64,000 nucleotides of DNA, taken from an uncultured virus (IMG/VR IMGVR_UViG_2711768134_000006). Its lineage: Duplodnaviria > Heunggongvirae > Uroviricota > Caudoviricetes. Where the stretch lies: IMG/VR virus record IMGVR_UViG_2711768134_000006. One strand, given 5' to 3'. The notes under the pieces were generated by a model. That model was not told where the DNA came from. It did no database searches and saw only the letters and a list, made by a program, of their open reading frames with translations. A program made the position numbers and the translations under genes. Shown piece after piece: positions 1 to 10,029 of this stretch (position 1 is its first letter; each line of letters begins with the position of its first letter).

Positions 1-25
1 TCAAGATTTATAATATCTAATGATT

Positions 26-310
26 TTAATATTCAACTTTATACTCACCAGATATTTCAATACCTTCATTTTTTAAAATAATATTTCCATCTACAAAAAC
101 TGTTATTGTAACATTTTCTAATTCTACTTCCCCACTGCTTAATTTACCTTCAATAGAAACACAATACGTTCCCTCTTTAAGTATCTTAAAAACTTTTTTA
201 AGTATTTCTCTTTTATCCTCATTTTCTAGAATTAAGTTAAATTTAACATTATGTTTCTTAGATGGATAAATTATAAGATTAATTCTATCTTCTATTTTAT
301 ATTCAGTCAT
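26..310 (-). CDS. Hypothetical phage protein
   Basis: 94 aa ORF with GGAGG RBS. Confidence 0.7.
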   Translation of the reverse strand: MTEYKIEDRINLIIYPSKKHNVKFNLILENEDKREILKKVFKILKEGTYCVSIEGKLSSGEVELENVTITVFVDGNIILKNEGIEISGEYKVEY

Positions 311-344
311 TCAAACCTCCTTTTGATATAACACTATAGCTATT

Positions 345-713
345 TTATTCATTTATAATATTTAATTTGGATAGATTTATTTTATATTTATCTAAATAAG
401 AATTTCCTTTGACCACATCAACTGCTTCATACCATAAATAATCTATATCTTCTTCAGATATTTTTAATTGTTCAATAGACTCTTCTTTCATTCTATCCAT
501 CCAGTTCTTAGCTTCTTTTTCTGTACAAACCCTATGCATATACACATGTATAAATTCGCCTTTACAAATTAATTCTTCTGCGATGTAATATAACCTTACT
601 TCTTTATCATCTAAATCTTGTTTATTTTCTGATTCTTCCAAAGCTGATATTAGTCTTTCTGCTGCTTTCTCATCTTTTATATCTATATTTTTTAATATAG
701 TTTTTGTAGACAT
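345..713 (-). CDS. Hypothetical phage protein
   Basis: 122 aa ORF with AGGAGAG RBS. Confidence 0.7.
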   Translation of the reverse strand: MSTKTILKNIDIKDEKAAERLISALEESENKQDLDDKEVRLYYIAEELICKGEFIHVYMHRVCTEKEAKNWMDRMKEESIEQLKISEEDIDYLWYEAVDVVKGNSYLDKYKINLSKLNIINE

Positions 714-733
714 GGTTTCTCTCCTTATTATAT

Positions 734-1270
734 TTATTTTTTAATCCAACCTTCTGGATAATCATTTCTTAAAACTCTTAACCCTAATACTTGTTGAGCT
801 TGATGTATAGCATTTTGAAAATCTCTTAACTCAGAAGGATGCTGTCTTTTTAATTTGCAAAATCCATTCCATGCATTTATCAAATTGTCCATAACCACTC
901 CTTCTTCATAATTTAATCCATCAAGTCTTTTTCCTTCTCTATTACCATTCATTGTTATTGTAATCCCATTTAAATCTAAACTATTTTTATTTAAACTTTT
1001 TATGTAATGTATTATGGGTTTTACTACATCTTCAATATCTGCATTTACCTTTCTAAGTAAACTATAATCACCACAATCATATTCAACATAAGCTAATTGG
1101 TTTGTATCACTATCAAAACCTAATGATAATTCTGTTTTACTAGCTATAGGTATTAAATCTCTTTTGCAATTAGGACATACTATTACATCTTCATTTAAGA
1201 AATAATAGTATTCTTGTAATGTTTCTTCTACATTGAAGTATTTATTACAATTCTCACACCAAAACCTCAC
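734..1270 (-). CDS. Zn-ribbon protein, possibly a fusion with an internal start at 892
   Basis: CENC...CPNC; internal GAAGGAG RBS before MDNLINAW. Confidence 0.65.
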   Translation of the reverse strand: MRFWCENCNKYFNVEETLQEYYYFLNEDVIVCPNCKRDLIPIASKTELSLGFDSDTNQLAYVEYDCGDYSLLRKVNADIEDVVKPIIHYIKSLNKNSLDLNGITITMNGNREGKRLDGLNYEEGVVMDNLINAWNGFCKLKRQHPSELRDFQNAIHQAQQVLGLRVLRNDYPEGWIKK

Positions 1271-1289
1271 AGTATCACTCCTTTTATAT

Positions 1290-1685
1290 TTATAACATAG
1301 ACTCTATTTTATTTATCTCTAATTCAACCTTCTTTTCATTAGATAATAATTCCATTAATTTTATTTCCATCTCTTCAAGTTTACTTCTTTCCTCATTTAT
1401 AGTTAATATATCTAATTTACTTTTTATATCATCTATCCAATCTTGTACATCATAACCACTCATTACAAGATTGAAGCCTAAATTTTTAGATGACATATTA
1501 TAAGAATGTAACATAGATGCTAATAATATTAATTCATCTTTTTTTAGTACTTGTATATTAATTTTCTTATTATTCCAATTCAATATACAATTAGTTTTTG
1601 GTGTAAATTTTTTTATTGAATCTAACTTTTCTTTTTTTAATTTTATTTGTTCTTTTAAAGTTATTATTTTATTATCACTATTCAT
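1290..1685 (-). CDS. Hypothetical coiled-coil phage protein
   Basis: 131 aa, co-directional in operon. Confidence 0.7.
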   Translation of the reverse strand: MNSDNKIITLKEQIKLKKEKLDSIKKFTPKTNCILNWNNKKINIQVLKKDELILLASMLHSYNMSSKNLGFNLVMSGYDVQDWIDDIKSKLDILTINEERSKLEEMEIKLMELLSNEKKVELEINKIESML

Positions 1686-1688
1686 TAA

Positions 1689-2699
1689 TTATTTCCCCTC
1701 TCTATATAATCTTCCATTTAATAAATATGTGTTTAAATATTGTGGTCTTATTTTGTTATATAATTCTTCTAAATTGTTATATTTTTCTTCTCTATAACCA
1801 TAAGTATAGAGTGTGCTACGTCCTTTTAAATATTTAATTCTACCATCAGAATATATTCTTACTTTTTCTCTATTTGCATAAAATTCAATTCCCCAACATG
1901 TTTTATCATCTTTCATTTTTTCTTTAAATTCTTCTAATGAATACTCTATATATTCATTTTTGGATTCATCTATTGGTGAATAAAAATAACTTCCTTCCAT
2001 TTTATGAAATATATCAGCGTAATTTTCATGACAATCACTATCTATAATACTTATTAACTTATTTAGTACACTTCTAAATTGTTCAAAATCATCCCTCTCA
2101 ACATTATAAAACCAATGATATTTACCTGTACATTTTTTACCATACAAACTATAATAATCAAATTTCCCAATGTAAATAAAAGTTTGATTTTGTTTAGTTC
2201 TATATGTTGCCCCAATAATTAAATCTTTTGCTTTTATAATTTGTTTATTATGTAATATCTTATTAAATTCGGTGATTTCTTTATAATCTGGAGATGATAT
2301 TGGTATTAGTATTAAATCCTTACCATCCCATCCATATACAAATTCTCCCTCTAATCCTTTTCCTTTTATAGAGCTTGTATTTTCTAATATATATAATAAA
2401 TTTTCTACTGTTATTTCAAATTCAAATCCTCTTGAATCATAAATCCTAACATAAGTTTGTCTATGATTCCATCCTGTATTATAACCACCTATTTTTTTAT
2501 TTAATACAAATCCTGACATTGGAGTATTTTTATATATTAAAGGTTCTATATTTTTATCTCTCCAAGAATTCCAAGATTGTTCTTTTCTCAATTTTCCATT
2601 TTCATCCTTATATATTACATAAGCAAGTTTACCTGTATAAGTCCCATTTCTATTTTGGAATCCTATAATTATTTCTTTAGGTATAAATATATTATTCAT
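1689..2699 (-). CDS. Hypothetical phage protein
   Basis: 336 aa long ORF in operon. Confidence 0.75.
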   Translation of the reverse strand: MNNIFIPKEIIIGFQNRNGTYTGKLAYVIYKDENGKLRKEQSWNSWRDKNIEPLIYKNTPMSGFVLNKKIGGYNTGWNHRQTYVRIYDSRGFEFEITVENLLYILENTSSIKGKGLEGEFVYGWDGKDLILIPISSPDYKEITEFNKILHNKQIIKAKDLIIGATYRTKQNQTFIYIGKFDYYSLYGKKCTGKYHWFYNVERDDFEQFRSVLNKLISIIDSDCHENYADIFHKMEGSYFYSPIDESKNEYIEYSLEEFKEKMKDDKTCWGIEFYANREKVRIYSDGRIKYLKGRSTLYTYGYREEKYNNLEELYNKIRPQYLNTYLLNGRLYREGK

Positions 2700-2710
2700 A
2701 GCATCCCTTT

Positions 2711-2899
2711 CTATATAGAATTACTTAATAATCCTAGTTTTTCTAATATACTTATTCTCGCACTTTCAAGTTCGCATTCTTCACAATCTTTTCTTGAATT
2801 TCGCATTTCATCATAAGCGCATCCTCTCTTGCAAGGGTTTGATGACAGATAAGCATCTATAGCTCTTATTTCGTTTTGATTTAGCTCTATTGTTTTCAT
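2711..2899 (-). CDS. Small Cys-rich protein
   Basis: CKRGC...CEEC; AGGAG RBS. Confidence 0.6.
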   Translation of the reverse strand: MKTIELNQNEIRAIDAYLSSNPCKRGCAYDEMRNSRKDCEECELESARISILEKLGLLSNSI

Positions 2900-2920
2900 A
2901 AATCGCTCCTAAATACTTTT

Positions 2921-3508
2921 TTAATTCATACATTCTAACATTTCTTTTCTATATATACTGCTATAAACTATTTTCTTTGCTATTATCTCCATTTCTGATT
3001 TAGCTTGTTTTTCTTTATAAGAAAATGTATTAATATACTCACTAAGTACTTTTAAACTTTCATTCATAGTATCTAAAGTCTCTTTTAGTGTTTCTATTTC
3101 AGATGTCAATCCTTCTCTTTCAGCTAATAATTTGTCCTTTTCAGATGATATTTCATCCATTATATTAATATATTCTTTTTCGGTTTTGTCTAACTTTTTC
3201 AATAAATTTTCAATTATCATTAAGTCAGTTTCTCTATCAATTCCATATTCAACTCTATACAATGTTATTATTTTTGTATCTCTCAAATCTGTTATTAGTA
3301 TGATATTGTCAACTAGCCTAAAATTTGTTTCAGTATATTTATCATTAAATCTTCCTGTGTAAATCAATCTACTTTGTTCAAACATCTTATTTAAATCTTT
3401 TTGATATTGGTCTTTGTTTAAATTTAGATTCTGCTCTACACAATTTTTCTCACACTCTTTAATTCTCTCTATATATCTTCTTAGTGCATGGTTAGTTACA
3501 TTTATCAT
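2921..3508 (-). CDS. Hypothetical protein (N-terminal TxHAxxRY motif, C-terminal coiled coil)
   Basis: MINVTNHALRRY after GGAG RBS. Confidence 0.65.
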   Translation of the reverse strand: MINVTNHALRRYIERIKECEKNCVEQNLNLNKDQYQKDLNKMFEQSRLIYTGRFNDKYTETNFRLVDNIILITDLRDTKIITLYRVEYGIDRETDLMIIENLLKKLDKTEKEYINIMDEISSEKDKLLAEREGLTSEIETLKETLDTMNESLKVLSEYINTFSYKEKQAKSEMEIIAKKIVYSSIYRKEMLECMN

Positions 3509-3705
3509 TTTATCTTCTCCCAATCTACAAATTTATGAATATTAAAATTTAAATCTATATAATATAAATCATATTGTTCAATATTTTTATTTTTAAGTGT
3601 TAACGAAGCTCTCAAGCCTCCTAATGTCTTGAAACCAATTCTATTACCATTACCTATATAAAAATCTTCCATATCTTTATTTTTCGCAAAATAAATCCTA
3701 TTCAT
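3505..3705 (-). CDS. Hypothetical protein
   Basis: 66 aa with GAGG RBS, overlaps next start. Confidence 0.6.
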   Translation of the reverse strand: MNRIYFAKNKDMEDFYIGNGNRIGFKTLGGLRASLTLKNKNIEQYDLYYIDLNFNIHKFVDWEKIK

Positions 3706-3891
3706 ACATTTATACCTCTATTATTTTGTATTTTATTTAGTTTATATCTTTAACATATTGTATTTAGTTCCTCTTCCTTATTTATAATAATAACATAACT
3801 TTTCATTTATTTCAATAGTTATTTTGTATTTTATTTAGTTTATAATTTTATTATTTATATTCGCATGATTAAATACTTTGTGTATATCTTT

Positions 3892-5175
3892 TTAATAATA
3901 AGAAACTTCTTTACCTTCCTCTCTAACTCTTAGAAAAACAGGAAATCTTAAGGATAGTTCACCTTTTTCATTGTTGGTTTCCTCGAAAAATTTTACTTCT
4001 ATAACTCTTCCTAATATCTTATTTTGGTTAATAAAATAATACTTACGTTGTTCATCTGTAAATCCAGAGCCAACTCCTAATCTATATCCTTTATAATCAC
4101 ATATTATGTTGCCTAACAAATCCTTGTATTTACCATCACCTTCCTCTATATCAATACATCTTATATCACATGTATTAAACACCTTTACTTTAAGTAAACT
4201 TTTTACACGTTTACATTGATATGATTCATCAGATATATTAATCATTACTCCCTCTTCATTATTGGATATCATTTCACTTAAATATTTATTAATCATTGTA
4301 ATATCTCTACCTTGATATAATGGTTCTAAATATTCAATATATTTTAGTTCATTGATAAGTCTTTTAAATATCCTTTCAAGTTTGTTTTTTCTAATATAAC
4401 ATGGTGTTTTATCTTCTCCTGCATAAAAGTCATTTATATTTTGAACATAGTCATAACAAACCATTTTTAATCCTGTTTTAATACCTTTAACTCTACATCT
4501 TTTTAAAGTATCTTTAAATCGCTCTTTAGAATTTTTATAGATACCTTCTGCAAGTAATTCACCATCATAAACTCCTACAGGCATTTTAATAAAATCTTTC
4601 TCTATATCAATTAAATTTTCTATTATCTGTCCTTGTCTGCTAAATATTTTAATGGAGTTTTTATCTTTAACTACTATTATTCTTGTTCCATCCAATTTAG
4701 TTGTTAAAATAAATTCTTTATTACCAAGTTTATCTTTATTTTTATCATAATTTTCTGCTAACATTACCCCAAATTCTCTTACAAGTCCTGGCATTATTTT
4801 ATTTGCAGTTTTTGATGTCAAGCCTAATTTAATTGATTTTGTAGCTAATCCAATTATAAATTTTTTCAATTCTTCATTTTGATTTGCAAATACTTGTATA
4901 GTTTTAATGTCAGTGTCTCTTCCTGTGTTATTTTTAGATAGGTAATCAATCATATCATATACATTATTTAAATTACTATAATTAACACTATTTAATGACT
5001 TAGATATTTTCTTTTTAGATATTCCAGTTACAATATATGTATCTAAAAGAAATTGTAAACATTCAACAAACATTCTATTATTTTTATATTTTTCTAATAT
5101 TCTCTCTTTTTCTTTTCTACTAGATGTAGCTGCTAAAATATCAAATATTTTTTTTATTTCTAAAAGCTCTTTCAT
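3892..5175 (-). CDS. lig: ATP-dependent DNA ligase
   Basis: KLDG adenylation motif, DGEL, EGVM, LLKVK, GVGSGF, SLRFPVF OB-fold end. Confidence 0.95.
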   Translation of the reverse strand: MKELLEIKKIFDILAATSSRKEKERILEKYKNNRMFVECLQFLLDTYIVTGISKKKISKSLNSVNYSNLNNVYDMIDYLSKNNTGRDTDIKTIQVFANQNEELKKFIIGLATKSIKLGLTSKTANKIMPGLVREFGVMLAENYDKNKDKLGNKEFILTTKLDGTRIIVVKDKNSIKIFSRQGQIIENLIDIEKDFIKMPVGVYDGELLAEGIYKNSKERFKDTLKRCRVKGIKTGLKMVCYDYVQNINDFYAGEDKTPCYIRKNKLERIFKRLINELKYIEYLEPLYQGRDITMINKYLSEMISNNEEGVMINISDESYQCKRVKSLLKVKVFNTCDIRCIDIEEGDGKYKDLLGNIICDYKGYRLGVGSGFTDEQRKYYFINQNKILGRVIEVKFFEETNNEKGELSLRFPVFLRVREEGKEVSYY

Positions 5176-5229
5176 TAAAAACCTCCTTGTACCTACTAGG
5201 TAAAATCACATTAAAACTATTGTTTTAAC

Positions 5230-5415
5230 TTAATCTTCAACCTCATACCAATTCCAATCTATAAAATTTTCAAAAACATACTCCCATGCGATTTTATCTA
5301 TATAATCCTCTCTCTCTTCATCAGACATATCTTTTAAATCATCATCATCTATTTCAAACTCTAACTCGCAGTCTGAGCCAACTTTATTAGTTTTAACACA
5401 TACATTTACTCTCAT
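5230..5415 (-). CDS. Small acidic hypothetical protein
   Basis: MRVNVCV... after GGAGG RBS. Confidence 0.6.
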   Translation of the reverse strand: MRVNVCVKTNKVGSDCELEFEIDDDDLKDMSDEEREDYIDKIAWEYVFENFIDWNWYEVED

Positions 5416-5776
5416 ATTTAGCACCCTCCTATTTAAACTAAACTTTTTCCCCAATCAAAACAGACTTTAACTCATTTTCTTTATCTTTAGAATAACAGTA
5501 TCCATTATAATTATTTGCACATGTTAATAATTTACATTTTATTATATACTCATTTATTATCTTACCATTATGATGTATAGACATTATTTCAGCTAGAGTT
5601 TCTCTACAATGTCTACATGCAAAATCATAAGTTTCTTGTTGATTTATTTTTTTTAATCAAACAACAATCTTTATCTTTTAAAAATTTATGCCTAAATATA
5701 CATCTTAAACTTTTAATAAAATATCACTCCTTATATATTTATTATTCTTGTCATACTATTGTCATCATTGAAAACA

Positions 5777-6166
5777 CTAGTTTTCATTAACAACATCTTT
5801 TAGTTTAACTCTTTCTGTATCTGAAACAATAGACCATTTTGGCTTGTACCCAAATTCATCTACCCATTTAGAAAGTACTTCATTTACTCTATTATTTAAT
5901 ATATCTATGTGTTCTTTCTTTATATTAAGTATCCAACCGTCTCCAACTTCTCCATATTCATCATCTATTTCTTCTTGAACATTCCACAATATATTTTCTA
6001 CATCTAAATCTGGAAGACCACCAACCTCTTCCTTTTTTCCAACATAAACATATTTCCCACATTTTTTCATTTTAGCTGCTTTAATCGCTTCTTTTTTACT
6101 TTCATACTCATCACTATTAAAATGTTCGTCATCCCAACTATATAGCCATACATCTTTATTTTGCAT
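5777..6166 (-). CDS. Hypothetical phage protein
   Basis: 129 aa with AGGAG RBS. Confidence 0.7.
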   Translation of the reverse strand: MQNKDVWLYSWDDEHFNSDEYESKKEAIKAAKMKKCGKYVYVGKKEEVGGLPDLDVENILWNVQEEIDDEYGEVGDGWILNIKKEHIDILNNRVNEVLSKWVDEFGYKPKWSIVSDTERVKLKDVVNEN

Positions 6167-6242
6167 TATCTCTCTCTCCTTTTATTTATTTTCTTATATC
6201 TCTCTTAAAGTAATTCTATATTTCCCATATTTAATCTCCCCC

Positions 6243-6569
6243 TTACATGACACCAATTGTGAATCTACAATCCACTATCATAAGAATCTCTCTCAATGTT
6301 TTGCCTATAAATGTATGGTCACTATCATAAATATTTCCTGAAATATTTTCGCATTCAAATTTATATTCTAATAGAAACTCCCTCATTAATTCATTTGAAT
6401 CTAAATCCTTTGGATTCGGAACTTCCAATTCATCCCATCCACATGGATGAATATTACATGGTACATAAATAGTGCCTCCAAATTCCTCATGTGACAACTG
6501 GCAAATTTTTATAATAAAATCATCAGTAAGTTCATCTTTTTCACAAATCTTTCTAAAGTTGAAATCCAT
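6243..6569 (-). CDS. Hypothetical protein
   Basis: 108 aa with GGAGG RBS. Confidence 0.65.
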   Translation of the reverse strand: MDFNFRKICEKDELTDDFIIKICQLSHEEFGGTIYVPCNIHPCGWDELEVPNPKDLDSNELMREFLLEYKFECENISGNIYDSDHTFIGKTLREILMIVDCRFTIGVM

Positions 6570-6603
6570 TCAATAACCTCCTATTTTCTATAATTTGATT
6601 TAA

Positions 6604-7146
6604 CTACTCAAAAATCTCCACATATTTAAATGGTATATACTCACATAACCAAACATTGTTTTCAGATAAGTAAAACTTATAACCATTTTCATACATTTTA
6701 CCTGTATTAATTTTTAAAATTACAGGTGTACCATGTCTTTTACCAACTTTAATAGCAGTATCTATATCCCTTGATAAATGTACATATAGTCTACTTTGTT
6801 TAATAATACCTTCATTTTTAATATTGTCTAAAAATCTAGTAGCTGTTCCATGATAAAGATATTCTGGTGGTTCTAATTCTTTCAATTCAACATCAATATT
6901 AATTGAATGTCCTTGATTTGCTCTAATCTTACTTCTATCCTCATTAAAACTGTACCTTTGCTTATTATCTTCTTTAACTATTTGCTCAAGGATTTCTATA
7001 TTAATATTTCTACCAGTATTATTTATTTTTTCAATCAATTCATTAACATCTGCATATCCATAATCATCTAGTTTAATTCCAATAATTTCTGGTTTATGTC
7101 TTAATATTAAACTTATAAAAATAGATAACTTATCTTTTTTACTCAT
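6604..7146 (-). CDS. kptA: RNA 2'-phosphotransferase, Tpt1/KptA family
   Basis: LRH, KQRY, RANQGHS, YHGT, VHLS, RHG motifs; start moved to MSKKDK behind GAGGTGA RBS. Confidence 0.95.
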   Translation of the reverse strand: MSKKDKLSIFISLILRHKPEIIGIKLDDYGYADVNELIEKINNTGRNINIEILEQIVKEDNKQRYSFNEDRSKIRANQGHSINIDVELKELEPPEYLYHGTATRFLDNIKNEGIIKQSRLYVHLSRDIDTAIKVGKRHGTPVILKINTGKMYENGYKFYLSENNVWLCEYIPFKYVEIFE

Positions 7147-7183
7147 TGACTTCACCTCATCTTCTTTAGCTAATATTTCAGCA

Positions 7184-7300
7184 CTATCTATACATCTCGC
7201 CACAATTTTTACATTGATACATAGTACCTAATTGTGTATTAAGTTCATATATATCTCCACCACAGTCACATTTTTTAATTCTTATTGGATTTTTCTTCAT
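7184..7300 (-). CDS. Small Zn-ribbon protein (38 aa, not in ORF track)
   Basis: MKKNPIRIKKCDCGG...QCKNCGEMYR with GGAGTG RBS. Confidence 0.55.
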   Translation of the reverse strand: MKKNPIRIKKCDCGGDIYELNTQLGTMYQCKNCGEMYR

Positions 7301-7352
7301 TTTTAATCACTCCTTTTCTATTAAAATCTTGATTTTAACTTCATTATTCTTA

Positions 7353-7547
7353 TTAATATTTAATATATTTACCTTTGCATTCTACAATTAACCCTTCACT
7401 ATTCCTATCGTTAATCCAACTTAATTTACATATCTTATTAACCTTAAAACATTTCTCTTCATTAGTTAAACATGTAGTACATTTGATTATCTTTCCTAGT
7501 GTTGGTAATGGTTCTCCCATTTTCACCCTAATTATCATTTCATCCAT
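7353..7547 (-). CDS. Hypothetical protein
   Basis: 64 aa with AGGAG RBS. Confidence 0.55.
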   Translation of the reverse strand: MDEMIIRVKMGEPLPTLGKIIKCTTCLTNEEKCFKVNKICKLSWINDRNSEGLIVECKGKYIKY

Positions 7548-7556
7548 TTTCTTCTC

Positions 7557-7970
7557 CTATTCAATACTAAGATTATATTTTTTGATTACATCTTTATTTT
7601 CATAAAAATTACCTATGATTTCTAATTTCCTATCTTTTGAAAATATTTCACTTAAATTAAAAGTATATTTTCCACCTATACTTTCAAATGTAACTGTTGT
7701 TCCTTTTATTAAAGATAAATCCACTAAGCTTATTTTCCAAACACCATCAAATATGAATTTAATAATATCATATTGAAATATCTTTTTTCCAAAATAATCT
7801 TTTAGTCCTATATATTGCATTACTTTTAAATCTTCCATTCTTGGTATGCAAATATGGTTATGGTATTGTTCAGAATATCCACTTTTTATAAACATATCTT
7901 CTGTTAGTAATCTTAATTCTTCTCCATGTATCATTCTAAATCCATTCCAAATTCTGAAATCTAACTCCAC
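7557..7970 (-). CDS. YopX family protein
   Basis: FRIW start, MQYIGLKD..GKKIF..DI, EIIGNFYEN end. Confidence 0.9.
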   Translation of the reverse strand: MELDFRIWNGFRMIHGEELRLLTEDMFIKSGYSEQYHNHICIPRMEDLKVMQYIGLKDYFGKKIFQYDIIKFIFDGVWKISLVDLSLIKGTTVTFESIGGKYTFNLSEIFSKDRKLEIIGNFYENKDVIKKYNLSIE

Positions 7971-7988
7971 TTAACCAGCTCCTTTGTT

Positions 7989-8222
7989 TTATTCTTCTGT
8001 CGTATCTAACAATCTTGTAACTTTTTTTACAGACCAATCACATGGAAGTAAACCCTTGTCTATTAATTCATATAGCATACAATTATGTTCATCAAGATTT
8101 TTCATATATCCAAGAGGACAATTTTTGCAATGTTTAGATTTTATACAAATATATTTAATAATATTTAAAGCACTTAAAGTGTTCTCTATATCTTTTTCTG
8201 TTAATTCAGTTTGATTTTCCAT
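7989..8222 (-). CDS. Small Cys-rich protein
   Basis: C...CKNCPL...C...PCDW; GGAGG RBS. Confidence 0.65.
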   Translation of the reverse strand: MENQTELTEKDIENTLSALNIIKYICIKSKHCKNCPLGYMKNLDEHNCMLYELIDKGLLPCDWSVKKVTRLLDTTEE

Positions 8223-8232
8223 ATGTACCTCC

Positions 8233-8373
8233 CTATAATTTTTCTAACATCTTACAATTTTTCTTATTACATTTACCTCCACAACCACATTTTTCAATAT
8301 TTCTAAACCAGCCTTTGTGTATTTTTCTTTCAGCACAAAGCTTTTTTATTAAGTTAAACTGATATTCTTCCAC
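8233..8373 (-). CDS. Small Cys-rich protein (46 aa, GTG start)
   Basis: GGAGAGTG RBS; ...CGCGGKCNKKNC... Confidence 0.45.
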   Translation of the reverse strand: MEEYQFNLIKKLCAERKIHKGWFRNIEKCGCGGKCNKKNCKMLEKL

Positions 8374-8518
8374 TTTTCACTCTCCACACATTATGTTTTG
8401 CATTTTATTTATTTGTTAGTTTTATTGAAAATATAAATTTACAATATATTCTATCAGCTATTCTAAGATTTAATAGTGACTTAGAATAGCTTAGTTTCTC
8501 TATAATAAATAATTTTAA

Positions 8519-8857
8519 TCATTGCATTCTTCTAACTAAATAATCCATAGTTCTTCTAAATCCATTCTCTGCCTTTAATATATAGACTTCTTTAAAATCG
8601 TTTTCTATATTTTCATATCCATTTAATTTATTTATGTACTTAATTATTATATCAAATGAAACTATTTCAAAAAACAATATATTTTCTATGACATATTGAA
8701 TTTTTTCTAAATCCTTTTCTTCTATGTACTTTATAAGTTTTTTAATTTTAATTGGCAAATCAGCATCATCTTTTGTTATTTTAATCATTTCAACACGCTG
8801 CTCATTCTTCTCCAATGAATTTCCCTGAAATTTATTTGTCGCTTTTATTATACTCAT
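8519..8857 (-). CDS. Hypothetical protein, NGFRRT(M/I)DY paralog family copy 1
   Basis: Similar over full length to 20238..20585 and 53231..53599. Confidence 0.8.
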   Translation of the reverse strand: MSIIKATNKFQGNSLEKNEQRVEMIKITKDDADLPIKIKKLIKYIEEKDLEKIQYVIENILFFEIVSFDIIIKYINKLNGYENIENDFKEVYILKAENGFRRTMDYLVRRMQ

Positions 8858-8900
8858 CTGCTTCTCCTCTCTAACCCATTATATTTATATTATATCATAT

Positions 8901-8914
8901 CGAACAACCGTTCT
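8901..8914. promoter_or_regulatory. LexA (SOS) box
   Basis: CGAAC-AACC-GTTCT matches Firmicute GAAC-N4-GTTC; adjacent to a TATGAT -10 of the 8519..8857 gene. Confidence 0.6.
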
Positions 8915-9017
8915 GTATATTTTTTCTAAAATTATTTTTATTTTTTTGATTTTTGATTTTATAGATTTGTTGAATCTTTTTATAAATGCACTAACATGCA
9001 CATTTATAAAAAGATTT

Positions 9018-9923
9018 TTATTCTCGATTAGTCTTTAAATTATGATACCTCTGATGATATGCTTTATAGATATTATTTGCATCACCTTTCAAGCATTTTA
9101 ACTCTAAATATTTTTTTATTTCAGGAATAGACCAAGATACACACTCATAAGCTTCTTGTTCATACATATCGTATATTATCCCTGATTTTTGTAAAGTCTT
9201 ACCAGTCAGATGTATGTCTAAATCTGAAAATGCTACTGATAAAGTTTTTAACCTATTTTGTATTCCATTCTTACTAATAGCCTTCATACCATTATCAGTT
9301 AATTTGGTAGGTCTAGTTTTTATTACATATTCACAATCCATGTTAAATTTATATTCTGTTTCTTTACTACTTCCTTTTATTTCACTTTTAGTATAATAAT
9401 CTTCTACAATAACATCTTCTAATATTTCTTTCATATAATCATCACAAATAAATCTTCTATCTGGAAGGTCTATATATGAATAATCTTTTGCTATATCTGA
9501 CACTTTCAAATATCTTAATTCTATATAATCTTTTCCCATTATACCTTCAAAGAGAGCATATACTATAAATTTATCTTGAGCATTTAAAAATGCACTACAT
9601 ATATTTTTTATTTGGTTTCTTGTAAAATATTTATTGGCATTAAATTTTATCATATCTGTATATTTATTAGTATCTATATTTATATTACAATTGTTCTCTT
9701 TTAATATTTCTCTTAAAATTCTTAAATTAGTATATACGGTTGTGGTAGATTCTCCTATCAATCTTCCTTTTATAAAACTATCTATATTTTGTTCATTTAA
9801 ATTACTTATTTTATCTATTTTAGCTTTAGTTATAAACTCTTCTAAATACGCATTTATTCTATTGCGTCTTACTTCTTCTTCTCTTATTGTACTTTCTAAT
9901 TTATTAATCATTTTTTTATCCAC
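9018..9923 (-). CDS. MrpR/YopR-like tyrosine-recombinase-fold repressor
   Basis: LNAQDKFIVYALFEGIMG...EL..LKVSDI; integrase-like fold lacking the catalytic R and HxxR. Confidence 0.7.
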   Translation of the reverse strand: MDKKMINKLESTIREEEVRRNRINAYLEEFITKAKIDKISNLNEQNIDSFIKGRLIGESTTTVYTNLRILREILKENNCNINIDTNKYTDMIKFNANKYFTRNQIKNICSAFLNAQDKFIVYALFEGIMGKDYIELRYLKVSDIAKDYSYIDLPDRRFICDDYMKEILEDVIVEDYYTKSEIKGSSKETEYKFNMDCEYVIKTRPTKLTDNGMKAISKNGIQNRLKTLSVAFSDLDIHLTGKTLQKSGIIYDMYEQEAYECVSWSIPEIKKYLELKCLKGDANNIYKAYHQRYHNLKTNRE

Positions 9924-10029
9924 TCCTTTTTAAGCATATATAATAAATTATAGTACAACATAATCTATAAGTACATATTATTATGTTTTATTTAGCTTAA
10001 TTGTTCTATAATTTTATAATGTAAAAAAT

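Noticed and set aside
5533..5730. Frameshifted small Cys-rich gene with ATT start
   Set aside because: Needs both a non-canonical start and a shift in an A8 run; too speculative
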